Source: Alkalispirochaeta sp.
GTDB taxonomy: Bacteria > Spirochaetota > Spirochaetia > DSM-27196 > Alkalispirochaetaceae
Direction of reading: 5' to 3'
Assembly: GCA_965601925.1 (NCBI GenBank)
Contig: OZ271854.1
Coordinates: 864,001-928,000 of the forward strand
DNA length: 64,000 nt
The notes below the pieces were generated by a model. It was not told the DNA's origin and made no database searches. It was given only the letters and a program-made list of their open reading frames with translations. Within the stretch, counting starts at the first letter, position 1. Every line of letters begins with the position of its first letter. Below are positions 18,474 to 29,600 of the stretch, piece after piece. The position numbers and the translations under genes were made by a program.

Positions 18474-19511
18474 ATGATGAATCGACGATTTCACAGATCG
18501 ATCGCGATATTCGCGATTCTGAGCGTATCGGCACTTCCGTTGTCGGCGGCGGGACGGGGAGAGCGGCGGGCCGATGAGGCGACACCCCGATCCGACGATA
18601 CTCAATTACAACCGATCACGGTGGTTCTGGACTGGCTTCCCAACACCAACCACGCCGGGCTCTATCTCGCCGTGGACCGCGGCCGGTTTGCCGATGAGGG
18701 GCTCGACGTAGAAATCGTGCAGCCGTCGGAGGTGGGGAGTGAGGCGCTCGTCGCCGCCGGCGCCGGACAGTTCGGCATCAGTCACCAGGAGGCGCTTACC
18801 TTTGCCCGCACCGCGGATGCGCCGCTGCCCATCGTGGCGATCGCCACGATTCTACAGCATAATACCTCCGGTTACGCCGCTCCCTCCGCACGCGGCTTCG
18901 CGAATCCCGGCGCCTTCGAAGGTGCGCGATACGGCGGATGGGGAACGCCGTACGAGGACGCGATGCTCGACGCGGTGATGGGTCCATTCGGCGGCGACGC
19001 GAGTAGTGTAGAGGTAGTAAACGTCGGCACGATGGATATCCTGGTCGCATTTGAACGAGAGATCGACTTCACGTGGATCTTCTACGGTTGGGATGGCGTC
19101 CGCGCCGAGGTTCAAGGCGTCGAGTTGGATTACTTTCCCTTGGTGGAGTTTGACGAGCGGCTGGATTACTATACCCCGATCTTTATCACCAGCGAACAGA
19201 TGATTGTCGACAGTCCCGAGACGGTCGAGGCGTTTCTCCGCGCTCTTTCACGGGGATACGAGGAGGCGATCGACGACCCGGCCGAGGCCGCGGCGGTGCT
19301 GAGGCGTTATGCGCCGGAGATCGCGGACGAGCACGCCCGACGCAGTCTCGACTACCTCGCCTCCTATTTTCGTGCCGATGCGGACCGTTGGGGCGTCATG
19401 GATCGAGCGGTGTGGGAAAACTTCACGACATTTATGGATGAAAACGGATTGTTACCCCGACCGCTCGATGTCGAGGCGGCGTTTACGAACGAGTACCTAC
19501 CCCGCGAGTAG
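18474..19511 (+). CDS. NMT1/THI5-family ABC substrate-binding protein (ThiY-like)
   Basis: LDWLPNTNHAGLY; YGGWGTP.E; WIFYGWDG; LDYYTP. TPP riboswitch upstream. Confidence 0.9.
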   Translation: MMNRRFHRSIAIFAILSVSALPLSAAGRGERRADEATPRSDDTQLQPITVVLDWLPNTNHAGLYLAVDRGRFADEGLDVEIVQPSEVGSEALVAAGAGQFGISHQEALTFARTADAPLPIVAIATILQHNTSGYAAPSARGFANPGAFEGARYGGWGTPYEDAMLDAVMGPFGGDASSVEVVNVGTMDILVAFEREIDFTWIFYGWDGVRAEVQGVELDYFPLVEFDERLDYYTPIFITSEQMIVDSPETVEAFLRALSRGYEEAIDDPAEAAAVLRRYAPEIADEHARRSLDYLASYFRADADRWGVMDRAVWENFTTFMDENGLLPRPLDVEAAFTNEYLPRE

Positions 19512-19547
19512 CGCGAGACGCGGCGGCGAAGTCGGCCGGAGGGTGTG

Positions 19548-19997
19548 TTAACACCGCCCTCCGTCAATGCCGAGTTCTTCGCGCACAAATCGGGATGCAG
19601 CCTCGCGGATTCGGTCTCGAATCGGTCGGATCGCCGCACGCTTGTCGTCCTCGGTACCGCCTGCACGAGAGGGGTCGGGAAAGGGCCAGTGCAACCGCTT
19701 GCGTTCGGCGGGAAAGATAGGGCACCGCTCCGCGACTTCGGGGTCGCATACGGCAATGACGTAATCGTAGGCCGCCCCTCGCCGGTGAAGATCAAAGACG
19801 CTCTTCGTCGCCTTGCCGCGGATGTCGATCCCGTCCTCCAAAAGGAGCTCGACGACAATTGGGTTGAGCGTACCGGGCTCAAGACCGGCACTTTCGACTT
19901 CTACGGCGTCGCCTGCGCACAACCGGATAAACTCTTCAGTCATCTGGCTTCGCGCGCTATTGTGAATACAGATAGCCAGGACTCGCGGCTTGGACAC
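19548..19997 (-). CDS. arsC: Arsenate reductase (thioredoxin-coupled, LMW-PTPase fold)
   Basis: CIHNSARSQM P-loop; AVCD...ERCPIFP; HWPFPDPS. GTG 19997 with GGAGG SD. Confidence 0.85.
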   Translation of the reverse strand: MSKPRVLAICIHNSARSQMTEEFIRLCAGDAVEVESAGLEPGTLNPIVVELLLEDGIDIRGKATKSVFDLHRRGAAYDYVIAVCDPEVAERCPIFPAERKRLHWPFPDPSRAGGTEDDKRAAIRPIRDRIREAASRFVREELGIDGGRC

Positions 19998-20191
19998 GAA
20001 CTTCGACCTCCCTGGAGGGCCGAGTTGCACAGACCGCCGGTCGAAGACGACACCGCGCCCCCCTGAGCGCGTCTTCGACATACCGTCGGTCTCAATGTAA
20101 CGCTCGCCGGAGGGCGGAGAAAAGCAGAATACACGCTCATAACACGCTCGCCCTCACCGAATCCTCACGATTGCACGACACAATTCACATC

Positions 20192-21094
20192 ATGACTGAG
20201 TCCGATCTTCGAAAACGACTCAATGTCGTCGACGTAGCGACGGGGTTCGTCTTCGGATCCGCTGCGCTCGTGACCGCTTCGGTCACGTTCGTCATACTCA
20301 TATTTTTCCTGAACGAATCGCGCGGATTCTTTCAAGCCTCGACATTTTCCTTTAGGGAGTTTTTCCTCGGAACGTCGTGGAGACCGGCGCTGGAGGAGTT
20401 CGGCATCTTGCCGCTACTCGTTCCGACGGTCGTAGTAGCGGCAATCGCCGTCGCAGTCGCCATGCCGTTCGGGATATCTATCGCGGTACTACTCAACGAA
20501 TACGCGAGTCCCGTTGCGCGGCGTATCTTCAAGCCGATACTGGAGATGGTCGCCGGTATTCCGACGGTCGTGTTCGGTTACTTCGCGCTCACAAAGCTCA
20601 CGCCGTTCTTGCAGAATCTCTTGGGCCCGGAGCGCGTCGAGCCGTTCAACCTGCTCTCGGCGGGACTTACGATCGGACTGCTCATTACACCGACGGTCTT
20701 CACCATTATGGACGAGCGCTTCTCACGGATCCCCGCGCATCTGCGTGAGGCGCCGCTGTCGGTCGGCGCAAACCGCTTCGAGGCGTTTCGTAAGGCGGTC
20801 ATGCCCGCAAGCAAAACAACGATGAGAGCGACGTTGGTTCTCACCTTTTCGCGCGCCGTCGGGGAATCGATGATCGTCTCCCTCGCTGCGGGTAGCGGAT
20901 CGGTACTGACGGCCAATCCGTTACGGGGAGCGGAGACGATGACCGGATACATCGTACGCATCACCCGCGGCGATGTGGCGTTCGGAACGTTCGATTACAC
21001 AAGCATCTTTGCCCTGGCGGTCGCGTTGTACCTCATCTCGCTCTGCATGATCGTCATCAGTCGACGAAGCGACAAAAAAGGTATCGGAGTATGA
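20192..21094 (+). CDS. pstC: Phosphate ABC permease
   Basis: EFFLGTSW.P; FGILPL; KPILEMVAGIPTVVFG; SRAVGESM. Confidence 0.9.
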   Translation: MTESDLRKRLNVVDVATGFVFGSAALVTASVTFVILIFFLNESRGFFQASTFSFREFFLGTSWRPALEEFGILPLLVPTVVVAAIAVAVAMPFGISIAVLLNEYASPVARRIFKPILEMVAGIPTVVFGYFALTKLTPFLQNLLGPERVEPFNLLSAGLTIGLLITPTVFTIMDERFSRIPAHLREAPLSVGANRFEAFRKAVMPASKTTMRATLVLTFSRAVGESMIVSLAAGSGSVLTANPLRGAETMTGYIVRITRGDVAFGTFDYTSIFALAVALYLISLCMIVISRRSDKKGIGV

Positions 21095-22356
21095 GTTCAA
21101 CACATCTCATCGATAGCGCCCAGCTCAGTCTGGTACGGGTACGACACAGGGTCGGTATTGTATGGGTGTCGCTCCTTATGGTAGCGGCCGCCGCCGCCTG
21201 CGTCATGATAACGTGGCTTCTTCTCGGGATCGTGAACGACGCATTCGGGTACGTTTTGGTCTCCTATGAAGTAGACCCGCCGGCAGGGATAGAGGAGTAC
21301 GACGAGGCCGCGCTGGCGGAGCTGGTTCGCGCGGACGCCGGCGCCGGAATCGTGCGTCGCTACGAGCAGGAGGGCGCGCTCGAAGCTCTCTCTCGCGCGC
21401 GCCTGCGGGAGATTGCCGAGACTCACGTATTTCGGCCGTCGGTAGTCGACACGTGGTCATTATCCGAATCGTTGCTTCGGACTTCATACATTCGCGATCG
21501 TATGGACGAGACGACGGGCACCGAACTGCGTTTTCGCGCATGGATTCGTCCCTCCTTTCTCACCCAACCGCTGGAGCGCCGCCCACTCACCACCGGTATT
21601 CGCACGGCGCTGCTCGGTACGGTCTGGATCGTTGCGGTGAGTCTTGCGATCGCATTTCCCATCGGCGTGGCGACGGCGGTGTTTTTGACCGAATATGATC
21701 GCGGCGGACGGTTTTCCCGGTTCGTTCGCAGCAACATCGAAACGATGGCTTCAATTCCGTCGATCATCTACGGAATACTCGGCTTGGCGCTCTTTGTTCG
21801 GAGCTTAGGCCCCATCACCAGCGGGGCCGCATTCGGAGTAGACGGAGTGGGGACGGTGGGACGTACGGTACTATCGGCGGCGCTCACCCTGGCGATTCTT
21901 GTACTTCCGTCGATCGTCATAAACAGCCGAGATATCCTGGAGCAGATCCCCCACAGTTATCGCGAAGCGTGCTATGCCGTCGGTGCGTCGCGTTCGGCGG
22001 TCGTTCTGAGGCGCATTCTTCCGGCGGTGTCGGGACAGCTCATCACGGTGCTTTTTCTCGGGATATCACGGGTCATCGGTGAGACGGCGCCGCTATTGGT
22101 CGTCGGCGCCGCAGCGTTTATATCGGTAGATCCGCAGGGCGTCTTCTCGCGCTTCACCGCGTTACCGGCTCAGGTTTTTTACTGGTCCGCACGGCCCGGT
22201 CTCGAGTATCAACGCCTTGCCGCGGCGGCGATCATCGTTCTACTCGCCCTATCGACAACGATCAATCTCGGACTGAGAGCCCTCGGCAAGCACTTGGATC
22301 GCCGATCGTCGGTAGGGGTGGAAAAACGCGAAGCGGGGGAACACAATGCACGATAA
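21091..22356 (+). CDS. pstA: Phosphate ABC permease
   Basis: GIRTALLGT; FLTEY; SIPSIIYGILG; RVIGETAPLL; FTALP.Q. Confidence 0.9.
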   Translation: MSSTHLIDSAQLSLVRVRHRVGIVWVSLLMVAAAAACVMITWLLLGIVNDAFGYVLVSYEVDPPAGIEEYDEAALAELVRADAGAGIVRRYEQEGALEALSRARLREIAETHVFRPSVVDTWSLSESLLRTSYIRDRMDETTGTELRFRAWIRPSFLTQPLERRPLTTGIRTALLGTVWIVAVSLAIAFPIGVATAVFLTEYDRGGRFSRFVRSNIETMASIPSIIYGILGLALFVRSLGPITSGAAFGVDGVGTVGRTVLSAALTLAILVLPSIVINSRDILEQIPHSYREACYAVGASRSAVVLRRILPAVSGQLITVLFLGISRVIGETAPLLVVGAAAFISVDPQGVFSRFTALPAQVFYWSARPGLEYQRLAAAAIIVLLALSTTINLGLRALGKHLDRRSSVGVEKREAGEHNAR

Positions 22357-23221
22357 CGCCATTCAGTTTCAGGGAGCATCTCCTCGGACAACGGATCCCA
22401 ACCTCCTACCCGAGGCGAAGCAACCGGTCATCGAGACCAAACAGCTGTCCGTAGCATTTCGCAACCAACCGGTCATTCGAAACGTGGATCTCTCATTTCA
22501 CGTCGGAACCGCGACCTCGATCGTCGGACCCTCCGGGAGCGGCAAGACGAGCTTCCTTCGGACGCTCAATCGGATCATAGAAATAGAACCGCACGCTCGC
22601 GTTACCGGGAGTGTGTTCTACCACGGAATCGATATCTATCGGCACGACATCGACCCGACATTGGTGCGTCGCCGCATCGGCATGGTATTTCAACGAGCCA
22701 ACCCCTATCCGACCAGCATATGGGACAACGTCGCCTGGGGTCTCCAGATAAACGGCATTCGCGACCGTTTGGGAGACCGAATCGAAGAGGCGCTCACTCG
22801 TGCTGCGCTGTGGTCCGAAGTAAAAAAGAACTTACGACGCAACGCACTCGAACTGTCGGGCGGTCAACAACAACGGCTGTGCATCGCCCGCGCCATCGCG
22901 CTCAATCCCGATGTGCTCCTCTTTGACGAGCCGACGAGTCACCTCGATCCGGTTACCGCGGGGGAGATCGAGGAGCTCATCGGCCGGCTGAAACAAGATC
23001 ATACCATCCTGGTCGTTACCCACGATCTCAACATGGCCGCACGCGTCTCGGATTACGTAGCGTTTTTCCGTCTCGACGAAGAGGGCGTCGGATACTTGGA
23101 AGTGTACGACTCGAACATCAACTTCTTCGTGCGGTCCGCGAGCCGCGTCGTGAACGAATACATAACACGCAACCAATGGATGTGGCAGGAACCGATCGAC
23201 GGAGCGGGCACGATCGGATAA
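22346..23221 (+). CDS. pstB: Phosphate ABC ATPase
   Basis: GPSGSGKTSFLRTLNR; RRRIGMVFQRANPYP; LSGGQQQRLCIARAIA. Confidence 0.93.
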   Translation: MHDNAIQFQGASPRTTDPNLLPEAKQPVIETKQLSVAFRNQPVIRNVDLSFHVGTATSIVGPSGSGKTSFLRTLNRIIEIEPHARVTGSVFYHGIDIYRHDIDPTLVRRRIGMVFQRANPYPTSIWDNVAWGLQINGIRDRLGDRIEEALTRAALWSEVKKNLRRNALELSGGQQQRLCIARAIALNPDVLLFDEPTSHLDPVTAGEIEELIGRLKQDHTILVVTHDLNMAARVSDYVAFFRLDEEGVGYLEVYDSNINFFVRSASRVVNEYITRNQWMWQEPIDGAGTIG

Positions 23222-23348
23222 AAGGAGCGTAGCGCGTCGTTACCTCCTATCGCCGCGGAACATCGTCTTTATCATGCGAAAATTCGGCCTCTGTCGGTGA
23301 AAAGTGCTACCATTTGGTTAATGCATCGGCTTACGCTATCATTACATC

Positions 23349-24359
23349 GTGGAACGAGGTAATCGCGAGGCTGATACATACAACACCATTGCGATGCGAT
23401 CCGGGAGTGATGCGCACGACGTGCTACACTTCTCTCGCACGCGCAGGATACTCTTCATCGTAGTTCCGCTGATCGTCGTAGCCGCCGGGTGGAGCGGCGT
23501 GGTAGCACGCAGCGCTCGTCCGACGCAAACGATCATCATGAGCTGCCGGGACGCCCAGGCGACGAGCATAAACGGAGCCGTGCAAGGCATGACGGTGAAC
23601 ATCGATGTGTTGACTATGATCGGCGTTACCCTCATTACCTCGCTGGCGTCTCTCTTACTCTTCAATAAAGACGAGAAGATCGAACTCATGCGGCTGCGCA
23701 CCGCGAACGAGAAACTGTGCGCATCCAACGAACACAAAGAAACGCTCATACGCGATCTCTACCATCGAACCAAAAATAACATGCACGTCATTCACTCGAT
23801 GTTGAACCTTGCGGCGTCGGACAGCACGTCGCCGGAAGTCGCCGATATTGCGCTGGAGGTGGGTAACCGCGTGCAGTCCCTGGCCCTTGTGCACGAGAAG
23901 CTCCATCGGGCGCACGATCTCTCGCGCATAAACCTCGGAGAGTACGTATCGGATGTAGTCGCGATGATCATTGGAAGCTACTCGGCGTTTCGTGACCGCA
24001 TCAGAATCGCATGTTCGACCGAGGAGATACCGGTCTGCATTGATACCGCCGCTCCGTGCGGCTTTGTGGTGAGCGAGCTGCTTTCCAACGCGGCAAAACA
24101 TGCGTTTCCCGTCGGTCACGAGGGTATGGTCAGCATAGACGTACGCAGAGACGGCGCCGACGGAGTCGTGTTCGAGTACGCTGACGACGGCAAAGGCGTG
24201 CCTCCGGAGTTCGACTTCACCGCACAGTCCGGCACGGGCGTTAAGACGCTGATCTCCCTTGTCGAGCATCAGCTCCGGGGAACCATACGGTTTGATAGTA
24301 GCCGAGGCGTCGCGGTGAGCATAACGTTTCCGAGCGGTCTTCACGGGGAGAACGTGTGA
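23349..24359 (+). CDS. Sensor histidine kinase (HisKA_2 type)
   Basis: LYHRTKNNM H-box; ELLSNAAKHAF; DDGKG; GTG. Start uncertain (GTG 23349 or ATG about 23589). Confidence 0.85.
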   Translation: MERGNREADTYNTIAMRSGSDAHDVLHFSRTRRILFIVVPLIVVAAGWSGVVARSARPTQTIIMSCRDAQATSINGAVQGMTVNIDVLTMIGVTLITSLASLLLFNKDEKIELMRLRTANEKLCASNEHKETLIRDLYHRTKNNMHVIHSMLNLAASDSTSPEVADIALEVGNRVQSLALVHEKLHRAHDLSRINLGEYVSDVVAMIIGSYSAFRDRIRIACSTEEIPVCIDTAAPCGFVVSELLSNAAKHAFPVGHEGMVSIDVRRDGADGVVFEYADDGKGVPPEFDFTAQSGTGVKTLISLVEHQLRGTIRFDSSRGVAVSITFPSGLHGENV

Positions 24360-24733
24360 TGGGCTCTCCTACCCATCGAGTCTTGATCGCCGAGGATGAG
24401 GCGTTGGTCGCCCTCGCCCTGGAAGACGAGCTTGTCAATGCGGGATACGAAACCGACATGGCCGCAACTGCAGAAGAGGTGGTGCGATCGGCACTATCCC
24501 GCAATCCCTCGCTCGTGATTATGGATGTTCATCTTGCCGGCAACACCGATGGGATAGAGGCCGCACACGCAATTCGCGCTCACAGCGACGTGCCGATCGT
24601 CTTCATATCCGGGTATCACGACTCCCGGGTGAAAAAACGCGCGGCGAAAGTTCGTCCCGTCGCGTTCCGCGTCAAGCCGGTGTCGATATCGGAGCTGCGA
24701 GAGATCGTCGAGGCGGTCATACCGGCGACATAG
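24356..24733 (+). CDS. Single-domain response regulator
   Basis: VLIAEDE; IMDVHL; DGIEAA; FISG; VKP. Confidence 0.92.
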   Translation: MMGSPTHRVLIAEDEALVALALEDELVNAGYETDMAATAEEVVRSALSRNPSLVIMDVHLAGNTDGIEAAHAIRAHSDVPIVFISGYHDSRVKKRAAKVRPVAFRVKPVSISELREIVEAVIPAT

Positions 24734-24833
24734 CGCCGCGCGGGAGGCGGGGAACAACCGAGACCATTCGCCGCACGTGCGGTGGGGCGGGGACGAATGG
24801 GGCCGATGTCCGCCTACGAGCGTGCGACCGATC

Positions 24834-25895
24834 CTATCGAACAGTGTCGATATCGCGAATGGGTTCGGCTGACGGCTTGGCAAAGAGATATCCCTGAGCA
24901 AGGTCGACGTTCGCGCGCCGCAGAAACGCCAGCTCCTCGGGCGTCTCGACACCCTCCGCCAAGACTTTGATCGAGTTCTGTCGCGCAATGTCCATGAGGG
25001 CGCGGAAGATCGACTGCTTCATCTCATCACGATCGATCCCGCGGATCAAATTCATGTCGATTTTGATAAAGTCGGGCTTGATGTCCGCCAGCATATTGAG
25101 CGAGCTATATCCGCTGCCGACATCGTCCAACGCCACGCGAAATCCCCGGTCGTGATAGTAGTTCAAAATGCCGATCAGATGACGAACATCGGTGATGCGC
25201 TCCGTCTCCACGACCTCAAACACGATTTTCCGAAAATCGAAGTCCAGCCGCTCCGCCCACTCCACGGTGCTTTTGAGGCAGTTCTCCGGATCGTAGATCG
25301 TCGACGGCAGGAAGTTGATAAATACGTTGACGTCGATACGCTTGACCGCGGCGGTCTTGAGGGCGGTCTCTCGCGCCAATCGATCGAGATTGAACGTGAG
25401 GTCCGCGCGCGTCGCCTGCTCCAACAGCACATTGGGCGGGATGAGCGTACCGTCCGAACGCACGCCGCGCAACAGACACTCGTGCGCGAACACCGCATGC
25501 GACTCGATCTCCACAATCGGCTGAAAATGGGTGGTGATCGATTTGGTTTTGAGAACCTCAATGAGATCGGTGGCGGCGGCGATATTGCACAATCGCTCCA
25601 GCGGCACGATGCGGCTGAAATGAGTTACATCGAGCTCTTCGTCGTCGGATAACACAACCGCGTTGATATCCTGTTTCTCGATGTCCGAAAGTTGGAGATC
25701 GCGACAGATCGTCATCAAAAGTCCCCGTACGTTTTCGGTAGCGACGGCAATATAGCCGGCCGGCTCATATCGGTACTGAATCCGCTCTACGATCTTCGAT
25801 CGAAAGACTTCTATTACGTCGCTATTACCGGACATAAAAAAAATCTTCCCCGGAACGTCGTAGTCGGACGGCACCGTTTCACACCTACACGCCAT
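24834..25895 (-). CDS. EAL-domain c-di-GMP phosphodiesterase
   Basis: FQPIV; HECLLR (ExL); FEVVETE; ALDDVGSGYSS; IKID; AEGVET; QGYLF. Confidence 0.9.
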   Translation of the reverse strand: MACRCETVPSDYDVPGKIFFMSGNSDVIEVFRSKIVERIQYRYEPAGYIAVATENVRGLLMTICRDLQLSDIEKQDINAVVLSDDEELDVTHFSRIVPLERLCNIAAATDLIEVLKTKSITTHFQPIVEIESHAVFAHECLLRGVRSDGTLIPPNVLLEQATRADLTFNLDRLARETALKTAAVKRIDVNVFINFLPSTIYDPENCLKSTVEWAERLDFDFRKIVFEVVETERITDVRHLIGILNYYHDRGFRVALDDVGSGYSSLNMLADIKPDFIKIDMNLIRGIDRDEMKQSIFRALMDIARQNSIKVLAEGVETPEELAFLRRANVDLAQGYLFAKPSAEPIRDIDTVR

Positions 25896-26005
25896 GTATC
25901 AATCATAAGAGGATACCCACGCCTGAGCAACACGGGTGCGGCACCGTCATACGAGCTTGCCCAACGAGTGTGCGCTCACTATTTTTTCGAAATGGAGGCA
26001 CAATA

Positions 26006-26587
26006 ATGGCAGCAACCCAGTCGACAATGCGGGAGCTCGGAACGCCCGCGCCGGACTTTTCCCTTCCGTCTGCCGACGGAACGACGGTATCGCGCAGCGA
26101 CTTTGCGGGCAAACCGCTGTTGATCGGATTCATCTGCAACCATTGTCCGTTTGTGAAGCATATCGCCGGCAAACTCGGAGAACTCGCGTCCGCCTACACG
26201 AAACGGGGCGTCGCGTTCGTCCTCATTAGCTCCAACGACATTGCGTCTTATCCGGAAGATGCACCGGAGAACATGCCGGCTTTCCTCGCCCAGTACGGTA
26301 TTGCCGCACCGTATCTCTACGATGAGAGTCAGGAGGTCGCAAAGGCGTACGAGGCGGCGTGCACACCCGACTTTTTTCTCTTCGATGCCGATCACAAGTT
26401 ACGGTATCGAGGACAGTTTGACGATGCTCGACCCGGCAACGCCGAGCCCGTTACCGGCGCGGACCTCGGCCGTGCGTTGGACGCAGTGTTGGCGCGGGAC
26501 AAACCCATCGAGCCGCAAAAGCCCAGCGTGGGCTGCAACATCAAGTGGAAGCGCGGAAACGAGCCGGCGTTCTCTACGATTCACTAA
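26006..26587 (+). CDS. Thioredoxin-like (AhpC/TSA) family protein
   Basis: APDFSLP; FICNHCPFV; AACTPDFF; SVGCNIKW. GGAGG SD. Confidence 0.92.
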   Translation: MAATQSTMRELGTPAPDFSLPSADGTTVSRSDFAGKPLLIGFICNHCPFVKHIAGKLGELASAYTKRGVAFVLISSNDIASYPEDAPENMPAFLAQYGIAAPYLYDESQEVAKAYEAACTPDFFLFDADHKLRYRGQFDDARPGNAEPVTGADLGRALDAVLARDKPIEPQKPSVGCNIKWKRGNEPAFSTIH

Positions 26588-26611
26588 CGCGGAAGGGGCG
26601 GGCGGCTGCGC

Positions 26612-29600
26612 TTAATGCGCAACCGCCTTTTTGTTTCGTCTCTTCTCCAACAAACGATACTTAATGCTCAACATCGCCGGCACGACGATAAGCGTGGTGA
26701 CCGTTGCAAAGGTCAATCCGTAGAGCATCGTCCACGCAAACGCCCTCCAATACTCACTGGACTCGCTACCGACGATAACGCGAAACTCATGGACGCTGAA
26801 GCTCACGCCGAGCGCCATCGGTACGAGGGCGAGCACCGTCGTGAGCGCCGTAAGAATGACCGGGCGCAACCGCGTCCGTCCGGCTTCTACCACCGCCTGC
26901 CGCCACGGCTCGCCCTCCCGCAGCAGCTTATGCGTGTAGTCCACCAAAACGATGCAGTTATTCACCGCGACGCCGGCGAGGGCGATCGTCCCGATGCCGG
27001 ACATGATGATGATGAAGTTTTGCTGCCCGAGAGCGAATCCCCACATGACGCCGCCGATACTCAGGAACACCGCGTACAGAATGATGAAGGGGTCGGCGAG
27101 GGAGTTGAACTGCGCGACCAGCACGATGAAGATCAAAAAGATCGCCACCAGAAACGCCTGTACGAGAAAGGTCGTCGACTCGTCGCGAACATCAAAGCCG
27201 GCGCCGGCGCCGATGGAGTACCCCAACGGCAGGGAAGCGCGCAACGCCTCGACCTCTTGCTCGATGGCCGCACTGATCTCGCTACGGTTCTCCGTATCGG
27301 GGTTGAAGTTGGCCCACACGTTGACCGCGCGATTGAAATTACGTCGCCGTATGACGCTCACGGTCGCTTGCGGCTCGAACGCCGCGACGGTACTGAGCGG
27401 AACGCGCGTCCCGTCGTAGGCGACGACATGAATGTTCCGCAGCATCTGGAGCGAATCGCGTGCGTCGTCACGGTAGCGAACGACAATATCGTACTCCTCC
27501 TCGTCGTATCGAAACGCACCGGCGGTAGATCCGGTGACAGCCGTACGAACGGTGCTCGCGATGTCGGCGGTGCTCAATCCGTAGTAAGCGGCACGTTGGC
27601 GATCGATGTTGACGGCGATCTCGGGCAGACTCGACTCGTAGTCGTTGTCGAGGGTACGGAAGGAGTCCTGATGCGGACGCAGTATCGCCATCAGTTCTGA
27701 GGTGATCTCGCCCATAATCGTGTAGTCGGCGCCGCGAACCTCGTACGAAACGTCGTCTCCCGCGGGCGGGCCGGAGTTACTCTCCTCGACGGTTACGATC
27801 GCTCCGGTTATTGCCTGGACCTGCTGTTGGAGCCGTCTGACCGCCGTGGCGCCGGGAATCTCTCGCTCGGCGTAGGGTGAAAACGTCACGTCGACCCGTC
27901 CACGATGGCTTCCGCCGCCCTGCCCCGTCACCGCTTCGAAACTATCCATCGACATCGGCACCAACGGAATCGATGCCTCTACCTGATTGACGATGACGTC
28001 GGTCCGCTCGAGCGGCGTTCCCTGAGGCGCCTCGACCTCGATGCGAGCCCGCTCGGGATCGAGACTGGGAAAAAAGAGCGTCTCTGCCGAGATGAGTCCA
28101 TAGGTTACAAAGCCGGCGAACACAACCGCCGTTACGGCCAAAACGGTCTTAAAGGCGTGTTTCGTCGCCCTTTCTAAAGTGCGGGTGTACCAGTCCTGAA
28201 TGCGGGTGAACGTGCCGCTTCCCTGCTCCATTTTGAGCCGTTGCTTCTCGGTAACCTTGAGATACTGAGCACAGAACGTAGGATTGATCACGATCGCCAC
28301 GAAGAGCGAAGAGGCCAACACCACGATTACCGTCCGCGGCAGATAGCTCATGAAGTCACCCATTATTCCCGGCATAAATATGATGGGGAAAAAGGCCAGG
28401 AGGGTGGTGAGCGTACTCGCGGCGATGGGGCCCGCTACCTCTTTGGAGCCGTCGATGGCGGCCTGCACGCGCGTCTTACCCAACGCCTGGTGCCGGTAGA
28501 TGTTCTCTACGATAACGATCCCGTTATCCACCAACATTCCGAGGGCGAGGATCAGACTGAACAGCACGATCATATTGAGGGTAATCCCCATGAGCTGCAG
28601 GATGAAAAACGACATCAGCATCGACAGAGGTATCGCCATCGAGACGAAGAGGCTGTTGCGAAATCCCAGAAAGAAGATCGTGACCAGGAGCACCAGAACG
28701 AAACCGGTCGCCATGTTGTTCTCCAGATCGGCGAGCATATCGCGAATGTAGCGACTCTCGTCGTAGGAGACGAACACTTCGGTGCCGACCGGGAGTTGGG
28801 GGGTCATCCGATCGATCGTTGCGCGCGTCTCCTCCACAAGATCGAGAATGTTGGCGCCCAACCGCTTCTTAATGCTCAACGTAATCGCGGGCGTTCCGTT
28901 CAGGCGCGAGAGTGTATCGTCGTCGGCGTTCTGAAATGCGACGTGGGCGATATCGCCCAAGGGCACCTGCACGTCTCCGCCGGAGACCATGATATCTCGG
29001 AAACGCCACTCTTCGGTAATCTCTCCGGTTACCGCCAGGGAGTAGTTCTTCTCGCGGTTCTCCAGCGATCCGCCGGGAATGGAGACGTGCTCTCGATCGA
29101 TCGCCGTCGTAACGTCCGATACGGACAGACCGTATGAGGCCATCCGAAAGGGGTCGAGCTCGATGGCAAGTTCCCGATCCGGCTTGCCCGACATTTCGAC
29201 CTCCAACACGCCGGAGACGCTCTCCAACTCATCGCGAAACACCTCGGCGGCCTCGTCGATGACCGCCACTCCGTTCGGATGAGAGAGGGTCACGACGAAT
29301 ATCGGCCAATCCGACACGCTAAACTCTTCGACGTGCGGTTCATCGGCGTCGTCGGGCAGATCGGCGAGATCGACGCGGTCCTTTGTCCGCCGCAGCGCCT
29401 CTTCTACCGTTACGTCCGAAGAAAACTCGACGAAAATCGAAGAGACGTTCTGCCGACTCTCACTGGTAAGCTCGGCGAGCCCTTCGACACCTTCCAACTC
29501 GTCCTCGATCGGTTCGGTGACGAGCGTTTCGATATCTGAGGCCGAAACACCCACGTAGGTGGTTGTGATGAAGATGTAGGGTTGCTTGATCTCAGGCGAC

